Program-made: the position numbers and the translations under genes
Notes under the pieces: generated by a model
Seen by the model: the letters and a program-made list of their open reading frames with translations, nothing else
What the model was told of the DNA's origin: nothing
The model's database searches: none
DNA from: Phaeosaccion multiseriatum
Taxonomy: Eukaryota; Protista; Ochrophyta, other classes
Direction of reading: 5' to 3'
DNA length: 64,000 bases
NCBI GenBank assembly: GCA_965112735.1
Contig: OZ218964.1
Coordinates: forward strand, 992,001-1,056,000
Shown here: positions 23,784 to 36,395 of the stretch, one piece after another
How the letters are laid out: each line of letters opens with the position of its first letter
Position numbering within the stretch: position 1 is the stretch's first letter

Positions 23784-26700
23784 TCAGGACTGGTGCTGCT
23801 GCTGGTGCTGCTGCTGGTGCTGATGGAAGGCTGCGATGACGACACTGACGTTGTCAATGGAACCCGAGGAGACCGCCTTGGCGGTGAGGTCTGTGGCGGC
23901 GCGGCCCAAGTCGTTGTGCTCCGAGAGGCCCAAGCGGACGAAGTTCACGGCCTGCTGCGGCTCCAGTACGTCCCACAGGCTGCATCAAATGTCAAATCCA
24001 ATAGAGTGCCATCCATCCATAGAGTGCCATAGAGCAGCAGCACAGTATGCAGAGCGGGGCGGGGGGGGGAGGCAGGAGAAGAGGAGGACGGAGGGGGAAG
24101 TGAGCCAATGGAGTCAGTAGAGCCAATGGAACTTTCTTCCTTCCTTCCTTCCTTCCTTCCTTCCTTCCTTCCTCCCTGTCTATGGTCGAACACACGCATC
24201 ATACATCCTTCTCTCGTCACACACACACACACACACACTTACCCATCCGTGGCCAGTAGCAGGAACTCCGTCTTATCGCTGACGAAGCTTCCGAGCATTA
24301 TCTCCGGCTTGGCTATAAGAGCGCCCTTGCCCTGCCCCCCTGCCCCGCCTTCCTTGTGCTGCACATCGCCGAAGGAGCGGCTGACGGCGAGCACTCCGTT
24401 GAGCCGCCGGTTGGTCACAAAGGCTCCCACTTGCTTCACGCGCTCCATTTCGTCGGCACGGCAGAGACGGTGGTCCTGCAGAGAGAGGGAGAGGGAGAGG
24501 GAGAGAGAGGGAGAGGGAGGGAGAGGGAGAGGGAGAGGGAGAGGGGGAGAGAGGGAAAGGGAGAGGGAGGGGGGGAGAGAGGGAGCGGGAGAGGGAGAGA
24601 GGGAGAGGGAGAGAGAGAGAGAGGGAGGGAGAGGGAGAGGGAGAGGGAGAGGGAGAGAGAGGGAGAGAGGGAGAGAGAGAGGGAGACAGAGAGGGAGAGT
24701 GAGGGAGAGAGAGGGAGAGTGAGGGAGAGAGGGAGAGGGAGAGGGAGAGAAAGGGAGACAGAGAGAGAGGGAGAGAGAGAGAGGGAGAGGGAGTGAGGGA
24801 GAGAGACAGAGGGAGAGAGAGGGCAAGAGAGAGTCATCTATCCACAAGCCCCATTGGCCTCCATGCACACCTCCATACGCCCCATGAGCCCTCCCCATCG
24901 GGTACGTGGCCCATATGCCTCTCCCCGCCCGTTACAAAAACCAAACCCATACCATACCGTGAAACCGTGCATACATCATGTGCCCTACCTGACTGAGCAT
25001 CTTGGCCACCCCGTCGTCGGACAACACGCAGCGAGAGTCGCCCACATTGGCCACCGTCACGCTCTTGTCTCTCCCACTCACCACGGCCAGCACTGCGGTG
25101 CTGCCGCTGAAGTCGTCTTTGGCCCGGAGCTCTCTACACACCTGAGAGTCGAACTGCTCAAAGGCCGCCACCAGGGCGGAGGAGGGGCTCGACAGGAAGG
25201 AGGGCTGACGAAGGATCTCGGTACCGAGCCGGTTCTACACTCACAGAGTAGGGAGTGGGTGCCGGGGTTGGGGACGGGGGGGGGCAGGGGTGGGAGGGAG
25301 AGAAGGGGGAAGGACAAGAGAGGAGAGAGATGTGAGATGCGGAGCAAGGGGAGCGCAACTGACTGACGACATCTCATATGCTTGTTCCCTTCCCCTTGCT
25401 CACCTGCAACATGGTGCTACAAGCGTCGCCATTGTGACCATCGAACACCCCGACGATGGCACATTGCTTCAGCGCTGCGCTCTTCTCTCTGTCCCTCGCC
25501 GCCGGCACCGCCGTGCTGCCCCCTCCTCCTCCTCCTCCTCCTCCTCCTCCTCCACCACCACCACCACCACCAGCAGCAGCAGCAGTGCTGGCGTCCCGAC
25601 TGGCATCGACGAGGGTGAGCATCATGTCTTCCTGACTGGACCTGTTTCCGATGACACTCGAACAGCCGACCGAGAGGCCCAACTTCGGGTTGTGGTAGGA
25701 AGAAGAAGAAGAAGGGGAGGAGGAGGAGGAGGAGGAGGGAGAGGAGGGACCGCCTGGACAGATGCCAGGGCGGAACATCTTGCCCCGGAGACTGACGCTC
25801 TTCAGCACTGGCGCTGGAGGGCCGCGCTTCTTCATCGGCAGTGTCTGAGCGCTCTACAGAGAGGGAAGAAGGGAAGGGAAAACACGACGCGACCCGATTG
25901 GAATTGGAATGGATTCGACGCCCACAAGGCGAGGGGGGGGGGGGGGGCGGAGGGCAGGCAGGCAGGCAGCAGCAGCAAGGAGAAGGACGGAAGGGGCGGG
26001 GGGGAGTAGGGAGTGGCGTTGAGGCTCCGTCCTTCCTTGCCAGACGGGGAAGAGAAGGCACAGGCACACAACCGAAGGACGCACGCATAAAGTGAGCTCT
26101 TCTCCCCCCCTCCCTTCCTCCCCCCCTACCCTCCCCTCTCTCTGTGTCTCTTTGCCCCTCTCCCCATTCTCTCTTGTTAAGCTCTGTTCTCCCTCCCTCC
26201 CTCCCTCCCTCCCCCACTCACTCACTCATTCACTCACCAGCGTATCCATGAGCGCATTAAAGTCTCCCGAGTCAAGCCTCGACGCCCTCCCCTTCGATTT
26301 CCCGACCGGCGTATCCCCCACGACGTCTACGTCGCTCCAGTCGTCCGCTTCGCTGTCGTCCTCCCCATCCGCAGCGCTGTTTGGTCTGCCTCCTCCTCCT
26401 CGTCCTCCTCCTCCTCCTCCTGCTCCTCCTCCTCCTCCTCCTCGTCCTCCTCCTCCTCCTCCTCCTCCTCCTCCTCCTCTCGGGGGTGCATGAACTTGCA
26501 TTTTCCCCGGTGGGCCTTGCTGCTGACGCTTGTAGTGATGTGGACCGGCTTGCGGATGCTTCCCCCCTGTTGGAGACAGAGGAGGCGCACCACCACCATT
26601 GGCTGCCATACCAGCACCACCAGCACCACCACCACCGCTGCCCCTGCCTCCACCCCCACCTCTCGGGGGGGGCGCGACGCCTCTGAAATTGTTCCCTGAT

Positions 26701-29700
26701 CTATTGTTTGCGGACCTTCCTTTCCGAAACATGCTCTCTTTCTCGGTCTGCTCGTCCTCCTCCAGCACACTCCGCGTGCTGTCTCGCCGACCATCGCCCC
26801 CAATGTGCCCCTCACCCTCCTCTTGCTGCTGACGCGGACGTATCCCCAACTGCTGTGGCTGCTGCTGTGCACTGGGCGAGTGCCCTCTTCTCACACTGGA
26901 GGGAGAGAGCTGAGGCGAAGACGTCGAAGGTGGACCACCGCCACCGCCACCGCCCGCCGCACCAGCGGGACCCCGCACTCCTGCTGCTCCTCCTCCTGCT
27001 GGTGCCGCTCCTCCTCCTGCCACTGCTCCTCTTACTCCTCGTACTACTACGCCTCCGTTCAATGGCGGAGGAGTCACCGAACGCCCGCCACCCGCAGCAG
27101 CAGCAGCAACCCCCCCCGCTATGACTCTGCGCACCAATGCAGAAGGAGGAGGGGGGCGATGTACAGGCCCTCCTCTACCTCCTCCTCCTCCTCCTCCTCC
27201 TCCTCCTCCTCCTCCTCCTCCTCCTCCTCCTCCCCCTCCTCCTCCTCCTCCTCCTCCTCCTCCTCCTCCTCCTCCTCCTCCTCCTCCTCCTCCTCCTCCT
27301 CCCCCTCCCCCTCCCCCTCCCCCTCCCCCTGCTGCACTACTGCCAACGCCGTTTGCCACCGCCGGAGCCCGAGCGGTTGATTCACCGTAAAGGAACCATT
27401 TGTTGGAACTCACCTAAGGGAGTGGGGAGAGTGGGGCACAGCGGGGCAGCAGAGAAATTTAACTACGTAAGTCAAGGAGAAACCCCACGCCTTGTACTCT
27501 TGCCTGTCACACTTGGCGTTGTGTCTATCCCATACCACCAACCGCACCCGCTTCCCTCCCTCCCTACCTGGTCCAGAGTCAATCTCTTGGCCGGGTCCTT
27601 GGTCATCATGCCTATGAGGAGGAGTTTGAGGCCTGGAGATACACTGACGTCAGCAGGGAACTCAAGCGGGTCGCATTGGATCTTGCGGTACAGCTCCATC
27701 AGCTGAAGGGGGGGGGGTAATAGTAAGCCGATGGGTGGGTAGGTGGGTGGTGGATGGGTAGGTGGGTGGAGGGAAGGGGGTAAGGGGGTAGAGAGAGAGG
27801 GGAGGAGGGGGGCCTCTGAGTACGTACGGTACATACGCACATACATGCCCACACATACATACATGCATACATACATACACACGTGCATACATACACATAC
27901 ACACATACATACATGCATACATGCATATATATATACATACATGCATACATACATGCATACATACATACATACATACATGCATACATACATACATACATAC
28001 ATACATGCATACATACATGCATACATACATACATACATACATACATACACACATACATACATACATACATACATACATACATACACGCACACACACGTAC
28101 ATACATACATACATACATACATACATACATACATACATACATACATACATACCTGCTTATCCACGAAGGGAGGCCTCCCACACCTCAGCATGAAGAAGGT
28201 TGCCCCCAACGCCCACACATCCGCAAGGGCCCCAATGTAGCTCTCTCCTGCCACAAGCTCAGGACTCATGAAGGCAGGGGTGCCAACGCTGTCCTCCAGA
28301 GAGGCGTCTCCGTGCACGATCTTCGAGATGCCGAAGTCAGCAATCTTGACCTGCGGTTGGTGTGTACGTGATTGGGGTACACGTCGATGTGTTGGGACGG
28401 TGGTGTATTTGCCATCAACCAACCAACCAACCCCAACTAATGATTCCCTCCTCCCCTCCCCTCCCTCCCTCCCTCCCTCCTCTCCTTCCTCCCCTTTCCT
28501 CCCTCCCTGCCGTTTCTCCCTCCCTCCCTCCCTCCCTCCCCTCCCCTCCCTCCCTCCCTCCCCTCCCTCCCCTCCCTCACCAAGTTGTTCTCGTCCACAA
28601 GGAGGTTCTGCGGCTTGAGATCGCCATGCACGATGTCGATAGAGTGCAAGTAGCTCAAGCCATCCACCACTTGCTGGGCTACATACCACACGTCGCTGTC
28701 GTTCATGGGCTCACAGGTGACCTTGGCAGGGTCTCCGTTGAGAATATTCATGAAGTCACCCTTCTTCATGTACTCCAGCACCAGGTACAGCTTGTTGACC
28801 TGTTGGTGATACAGGGAGGGAGGGGACGGAGGGAGTAAGTGAGTGAGTGCTGTGTGTCGGGTAGACACCACCAAACACCACTAACCACCTACCCACACAA
28901 CACACACACACACATACACACACACACACGCACACGCACACGCACACGCACGCACACCCCTAACTTAGAGACACACCTTGGGGTCGTCCATGACCTCGTA
29001 GAGGCGGATGACGTGGGGATGCCTTGCCTCCTTCATGATGGCGATCTCTCTCTTGATGTCGTCCATGAAGGTCTCCTCCTTGCCCAGCTGCACCTGTTGG
29101 GTTTGTTGTTGAAAGGACGCAGGTAAGCCAATGAACAATGCAGTGTTCACAGATAGCATCCGCACCCCTACCCACTGTGGGGCACTATACATCGAAACTG
29201 AAACTGACACTTTCCTTGTTCATGGCGGCCCGGTTGATAATCTTGACGGCGTAGAGGGCGTTGGTCTTTGTCTCCTTGCTGAGACGCACTTCCGCGTAAC
29301 TGCCCGTGCCCAGCGAGTTGAGCAGGATGTAGTTGTTAACAATATAACGGTTCTTCAGCCAGGTGCCTCCTTTGGGCTTGGCGTGTTTCAGGTGCTCCTC
29401 CTGTGGCAGAGAGGCTTTCTTGCGATTCACGTCGTTGGTTTCCTTCACTGCGATTTCCTCTGCCGTATCACCAACTGATGATGTAGATGGCTCAGCGTCT
29501 CCTCCTGCCGTATCACCAACCGCTGCGATTGCTGCTGCTGTATCACCAACTGCTACGGGGCTGTACGGGCGGCTAGAAGGTGACACTGGAGACGACGATG
29601 CTAGAGCGGCGGGCCTGCCGTGCCCCGTCTCCCCTCCCCTCCCTGCTGTCCCTCCTCGGGGGTCTCCTCCTCCATCCGTGGGCAGCGCCCCCTTACCTGA

Positions 29701-32286
29701 GAAAGACACTGGAGCGTGGCCCCCTCCTCCTCCTCCATGAGGACCCACCCCAACTGGAGACACCGGGCGCGCACCTCCCACACCCCCCGCGCCGTGCACA
29801 TTTCTAGGTCGACCGGGGCGAGGGGAGCCGACGAATCTAGAGCCTCCAGGGCTGGCGTTGGCGTTGACGTTGATGTTGATGTTGGCGGTCGGCTGCCTGC
29901 TCTGCAGTCCCAGCTTTGACGTCGTCGGGTTGGCGACGTAGGCACTGCCCCCACCAGCCGCAGTAGTTGGTGATACAGCAGCAGCAGCAGCCGCAGCAGT
30001 AGTGGGAGAAGCACCACCACCAGCAGCTGCTGAGGCTGAGGGGGTTGGGGACGATGAAGCCTTCTTTGATTTGCTTGCACCACCGCCGTCGTCCGACAGA
30101 AAGTCGTACGCGCTGCTGCCGCCTGCAGAGGAGGGAGCAAGAGAAGTGAGTGAGTGAGGGAGTGGATAACTGAGTGATGGAGTAGGTGGGCGAGTGAATG
30201 ATTGAAAGAGTGATGAATGATCCATTCACGTACGCACGCACCGCTGTTTTCACCCGAGCCTTCAGAAGAGGCGTCTCCCTCATCCGCCAAGAAATCATAC
30301 ACTCCCCCCCCTGTGTGTGGACGAAAAGAGAATAGGAGTGCGAGGTCAATGCAGAGGAATGGCAGTCAGTCAGTGAGTCGCTCGTTATAAGGGCGCTCAC
30401 TCCACATCGTACGCAGTTCACGTCAAGGCGGGAGAGGAGGGGAAGAGAGGGGAGAGGAAGTCTTAGTTGTCTCGGCCTGGGGGAAGGGGGGTGGGAGACG
30501 GAGCTTGTGGGACGCTATCTCACGATCGCACGATCGCACCGCTCACGCTTCGTGGCAATCCTTCCTCCTCTCTTGTGTGTGCTTTCTTCGCCCCCTTCTC
30601 TCTTTCCCATCCTCTCCCTCTGTTCCGCCGAAGCACCACATCCTCACCTTGCCCTCCGTCTGCGCTGCTCCCCTCTGAAGATTCATTATCATCCTCAGAC
30701 TCATCTGCACCTCCACCACCACCACCACCGCCATAATCATCTTCTCCACCCAATAGCACGTCTCCCCCATCGTCGTCGAGGCCGTGCCCGCTGAAGGAAG
30801 ACTGGCTCTGACTGGAAAACCTCCGCTCAACGCCAGAGGGCCTATTCTTCTTCTCCTCCTCCTGTGCAGCAGCGACCGCCAGCAGTTTTGCTCGTGTGTT
30901 TTGCCGTCGGAGAGGGCCGTCGCTGCCAAGCCGATCGCTGTCACCAACTCGTCCAGTAGGAGTCAGGGCGGCAGAAGGGTCAGCAGTGCTATCACCCTCC
31001 TCCTCATCATCGCTGTCGTCTAACCAAGACGCTACCGCCCGTGCATCTGCTGCTCGCTGCTGCTGTTCCACCCCCTCGTCCCCATCACCCTCTCCTGCAG
31101 ATGGGTCCATCATACCACTGCCGTCATCACTGCTGAATGAAACATAGTTGGACGTTACGAAGCCCTGGCGGGAAGCTTTGATGCGAGAAGTGTCGTCGCT
31201 GCCTCCTCCTCCACATCCTGCTCCTGTCCCTTTCCCTTCTCCTCCCCTGCCCTCTTCTTCCTCCTCGGACTCCGAAAAGCTGACATAACCCGTCGTCTCC
31301 TTCCTCTCCCCGCCCGCGTGATTCCCACTACTATTCGCCAGTGTCCGAACGGCAGCTTCGCCTGCCCCGACAGCTCCCACCCCTCTTCGCCCCACTGCCC
31401 CCCCCCCCCCTCCTGCCGCTGCTGCTGTTGCTACTGCTGGTCTAGCTGCTGATGAAATCACCGTTACTCCCCCCCTGCCAGATAATCGCCTCCCGAAGCG
31501 GTCTTTGGGTGGGGGGTCCTGTTCATCGGCCTCCCCCGGCTGGCCCTCCTGTGGCCGCTTGTCTGAGAGGCGACCACGATTTTGTGGCATTCGCCTGTAA
31601 TAGGCGCCCCCCACGCTACTGTCGTCGCTATCACTCCCATCCTCGTCATCAGAGAAAGACACATACCCACTCGTTGTGGTGGGAAGTGCCTTCTTGGCAG
31701 GCCCTTTCTCAGGTGCCCCAGATGCAGCACAAGGAGCCGGAGCAGCAGATCCAGCAGCTGCGGGAGACCCGACATTAGTGGAACCACCACCACTTTTTCG
31801 ATTGTTTCCGCTACTATACGTCTTGTCCACGGGGCTCCTCTGGCCCGGCGCTCCCCTGCCAGCCGAGGCTTTGCTGTTTGCCTTTCCCTGCGGCTGGTGC
31901 GGTTGGTGCTTCAGGGGGTGCTGCGGGGTCGGAGGCTGGGGGCCCTTGCTGTGCGACGGTGGAGAAGAGGGGTTTGGATGAGTGGTGGGTGATACTACGG
32001 CTTTATCCGCTCTCCCGTGGCCTCTGCGTTCGCTGTGCGGCTTCGGGTGCTGATGTACCCTCTTCTTTCCACCCCCTTCTGCTTCTCCCCTCGTGCTAGA
32101 CACATCCACGGTTTTCTCTTTTGATGCTGGCGACGCGACGGCCCTTGGCTTTTCTACTCCTCCCTTTTCTCCCCCTGCTGCTGGAGCAGAAGGAGACGGG
32201 GCAGGCCTGCCCTTTCCGGTGGGCGAAGGCACTGGGGAGGAAGACGCAATGGGAACCACATTTGCCTTGCTCCCTTTGTTCCCCAT
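23784..32286 (-). CDS. Myristoylated CAMKK/GRIK-like Ser/Thr kinase fused to a C-terminal PP2C phosphatase (~1863 aa, 12 exons)
   Basis: Exons 32286-30648, 30310-30242, 30122-29209, 29093-28977, 28799-28581, 28350-28153, 27702-27568, 27413-26238, 25853-25404, 25234-24989, 24475-24243, 23979-23784; all GT-AG with one open frame. Starts MGNKGS. Kinase motifs: GTGSYAEV, AVK, REIAIMK, HGDLKPQN, DFG, GTPAFMSPE, DVWALG. PP2C motifs: RSSQED, VFDGHNG, GST, ANVGDSR, DH, LAVSRSFGD, LATDGLWD, DNVSV. Confidence 0.88.
24480..24830. repeat. (GA)/(GAGG) purine microsatellite, intronic
   Basis: Directly visible; forms the CT-rich 3' part of minus-strand intron 24476-24988. Confidence 0.9.
27853..28152. repeat. 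(TACA)n / (GTAT)n tetranucleotide microsatellite, intronic
   Basis: Directly visible; on the minus strand it begins at the donor site GTATGT. Confidence 0.95.
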
Positions 32287-32476
32287 CTTATGAGGAGTTT
32301 TCTTCCATAGGGGTGTCTTCGGCCTCTGAGACTGAAGAGCCGCAGCAAGGCTATGCCCCCCGGTGTTTTTTCGCAGCGCACTTCCTTCGAAGCAAAAAGG
32401 GAAACGCGGGACCAACTTAAAAGTAACGGATGGCAGTGGATGGATTTTTTATGTACCCGACCTTTGGTACCCTGAT

Positions 32477-32522
<46 letters not shown>

Positions 32523-32586
32523 GCCGAAGGAGCTGTGTAATACATCGCGTGGGCACTGCGAACATTGTCCTGGCGGTGGAGAGATC

Positions 32587-34183
32587 ATGGCGAAAAAGGG
32601 GAAGGGAAGTCCTAGGCCAGCAGAGGGAGCAGCGTCGCATGGCTTTTGGAAGCCCGGGCAAGCTTCACCAGCGGCCAATCGATCGCCGACTGCCAGTAGT
32701 GGTAGTGGTAAGAGTGGGGGAAAGAAGAGGCGGCGAAGTACAGGCGACGTGAATGACGGGAAAGGACAGAAGCCGCAGCGGGAGGAGCAGGGGGCAGAGC
32801 AACACAAGACAAAGCATCAACAACCACAGAAGAAGAGAGGCAAGAGAGACGTAGAACCAGTGAAGGATTTCTCTAAACGGAGGGGGTCTGAGGGAATGAC
32901 CTCTGGGCTTCCCTCCAAGTCGCTGTTGGCCATGAAGGTGAGGATGAGAGTGGGACTGCGCAGGGGAAGAGAAGGCTACTTCGTTTATGCCTTGCTTACT
33001 GTACTCCCGGTGCGTTGGAAAGCTGGATTGGGATATACCAGTGTCTGTCGAGGTCGTGTCGCGATGCAGGGAATCGAGGTGAAGAGGGAAGCGGGTTGGA
33101 AAGGTATATGCCCTCTCCTCGCTCCTCAAGCCTACATTCTCCTCTCTCTCTCCCCCCCCCCCTCCCATTCTTTTCTCCTCTGTCCTCCCTCCTTCCCCTC
33201 TCTCTCTTTCCCTCCCTCCCTCTCCCTCCCTCTTGGTAGTTCATGAAGCGCAAGGCAGATGCAGAGGACGACGCCCTCCAGGCCTCCGCCAAGCAGGCAG
33301 AGCTGGACAGAGACTTCGACACTGTGTGGGCAAGGAACCTCAATAAGCAGGAGCAGCAGCAGGAGCAGCGGTTGGTGTGCGTGCCTGATGTACCCAACCC
33401 TCTCGAGGTCATTGTGGTACGTACGTAAGTCAGTAAGCCAGCCAGCCACACTGCCTGCGTCAAATGGGAGAAAAAAGAGAGAATTATTCTGCTGCAATGC
33501 CTTCTCCTCCTTCTCTATACCAAACTCAAATTGGGTTGGGTGCATTGGCTCTATTTTAAAAGTTCTCTCTATACTCAGTTTGTGTTCTCCATCTCCTCCG
33601 CTCTGTGCAATGTGTTCCTTCTCTGTCGTCCAATCCAATCTTGCTCAGGCGCGGCGGAGCTTCAACGGGTTTCGGCCTGCTGTGGAGCAATGCTACAAGA
33701 GGTGAGGGGGAGGGGTCGAAAGGAGGCTCCTCAGGGAAGGAGGAGGGGTGGGAGGGGAGGGCTGGCTGGCCTGTCGAGATACTGTGTAAGGCCTATCGAG
33801 ATTGATGCTCTTTCCACCTTTTCGCGGCTGTTCCGTTGGCTTGTGATGTGTGGCCAAAGCTGGCCCTTGTTTTCTCCGCCTCTTTCTACTGCCTCTCCTT
33901 GCTCACCTTCTGCGACGACCTACTCGGGTCTCTAAGCTGAAACTGCCTCTCTGTCCCCATCCTACTCTGTTGGTCGCTCAGATGTGTGGACCGAATCAAA
34001 GGTGCAGCGCAGTCAGCGGCAAGCCAGGGCAGCAGCAGCAGCAGCAGCAGCAGCGGAGGCAGTAAGAGGAAGAGGCGGCAGGAGCAGGCGGAGGAGGAGC
34101 TGAGGAGGCAGCAAAAGGAGGAGAAAGAGGTCCTCCGAAAGCTGGGAAAGCGGGATAAGAAGAGGGCGAGGCATGGGAAATGA
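32587..34183 (+). CDS. MPP6: M-phase phosphoprotein 6 (nuclear exosome cofactor)
   Basis: Exons 32587-32937, 33240-33416, 33649-33701, 33982-34183. Has the two MPP6 signature blocks, SKSLLAMKFMKR (spanning the exon 1/2 junction) and RRSFNGFRPAVE, plus a basic C-terminus. Confidence 0.78.
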
Positions 34184-34427
34184 GTAGGAAGGTTGTGTAT
34201 GGGCTCAACACGCCCCGAAGAGGGCTTTTTGCAGTTACAATTGTACTAGGGGGGGGGGGTTGGGGGGACGGGAGAGAGAGAGAGAGAGAGACAGAGAGAG
34301 ACCAGCAAGGGTACCGGTATGTACCTACTCGTTGATCGTTTCGTACGAGAAGAGTACTTAACATGCCATGGGCTCCCTTCGACCACACACCGACACCGTG
34401 GGCAATCCAGTCTCTTCCACCCCTTCC

Positions 34428-34461
<34 letters not shown>

Positions 34462-35191
34462 TCAGTTTCTTGGTGATTCCTATTAAGTCAATAAATACCC
34501 CTTCCCCCTCGGGGTCTTATGCTTTGACTCTTGACTATGGACTCCGCTGACCAGTAGGGAACGGGGAAGGGCGCATGAGTGGCACTGGAGACGAACGGGC
34601 GAACGGGACGGACCACCACTCCGTTGAGGGAAACAAGTAGCGGCTGTGGAGGCCAAATGCGAATGCATCTGCACTCGACGCACGCCCTCGCGATGTTGAA
34701 CGTTTCATTCACTTTGAATGTTGATGTCAGTCCAATTTTTAGTGTATACACTCCTTCACGCCCCGTCCTCTTATGGTACTGATGGCCAAAGTGCGTGCGC
34801 CTGTCGCAGCTTCTTCACCTTTGTCCTTTGTTTGTCCCTCCCTCTGTCTACCTGTTACTCTGCCACCCTCCCTACCTGCGCTCCCGAGAGAAGCGACTGT
34901 ACTCATGGATGGTGGCTTCTCCTTGTGATCTCTCCTCCTCCTCCTCCTCCTTTTCTCTTGGGTTCAAATCCTTTCGATGGGTGTGGCCCGGCCCATTCCT
35001 ATCAAGCCCCATAAACCCAACCCTACCCCCCCCCCCTCCACCACTACTGATACATGCCCCTTGTAAGTCTACTAAGAAACAGAAAAAACTCCATCCCCTC
35101 ACTCAGGTACTTGAGTATTTGCCCCATACTATCCTCACTAAATCCACCTCCATTTCCTCCCTCTCCTCCATCACTTGGCCCAATTACCAGA

Positions 35192-36353
35192 TCAAGCCAG
35201 CGCAAAGACCACATTGTCCACTGAGAAGTCTCCTGCTTCGTCTCCGCCTTGCACGCCCACCTTGACCGCAATGGTGACGTCAGTCACCACCCCCGTTACA
35301 CTGCATGTAACCGTCACGCCCTCGGTGGCAGCGCAGTCCCCGAGGCCAAAGATGAGCCAGTCGGCGTCGACCTGCTGGAAGTAGAGCTCCACATTTCTTG
35401 TGCCAGGGGAGATACCCGTCACGTCGGCCGAAAGCGTGTAGCTTTGCCCGGCGGTAGGGAGCGTCAACACTTGGAACAACTGCACATGCCAGTTCGCCGT
35501 CCCCGCCGCGTCCATGCTGATGAGGGCTCCTCCGCCGGCGGCGGTGATGGTTGCCGTCGGCACGTTAGTGGAGCTGACGTAGCCGGTCCAATCGCTCAAG
35601 CTGGCGGCAAAGTCGCCGTTAACGAGCAGATTCTCGCCGGAAGTGGCGGGCGGCGAGGTGGCCGCTGTAGTAGGGACGGGAGTGGGGGCCGGATTGGGAC
35701 CACCACCTCCGTCCACACGGCGCAGGGAAGCGTCTTCCACGGCAAAGTCCACCGCCTCCTGGCCCGCAAAGATACCGAACTTGACGGGCTGCTCGACCGA
35801 CCCCACCACCGCTGTCAAGCTGCATTGGGTCACCGTGGCTGTGACGCTGCATGGCACGGAGCCAAAGAGAATCCAGGGGGCCGCGCTTTGCTGCAAGAAG
35901 AGCTGAACCTCACGGGGCCCCGCGCCGGCAAGAGACACCACATCCAGCAGCAGAGTGTACTCCTCGCCAGCGGCTGCCAAGGGGAACACTTGGAACAGCT
36001 GAACATGCCAGTCAGTGCCAGCCTCACCAATCACAAACTCTGCTCGGCCGCCCGTGCCCACGATGCTGCTCGTAGCTGGGCTGTCAAGATATGTCTCCCA
36101 ACCCGCCAGTCCGTCGGCGAAGGTTGGGTTGACCAGCAGCTCGTCCCCTCCGCCAGGGGTGACGGGGGCCGGGGTGGGAGAGACTGGAGGAAGGGAGGGA
36201 ACAGGGGTACCAGCGACGGGGGGACCGGTGGGCACTGCCGTGGGTGGTGCAGTGGGTGTTGCAGTGGGTGTTGCAATGGGTGGGACGGTGCCACCGACGG
36301 GGGCGGGTGTGATGGGCCCTCCGCACTGTGGGGTGGGAGGAGAGAGCCCACGT

Positions 36354-36395
<42 letters not shown>

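Noticed and set aside
27662-28371. MYVC/HTYI-repeat ORFs
   Set aside because: Translations of an intronic (TACA)n microsatellite.
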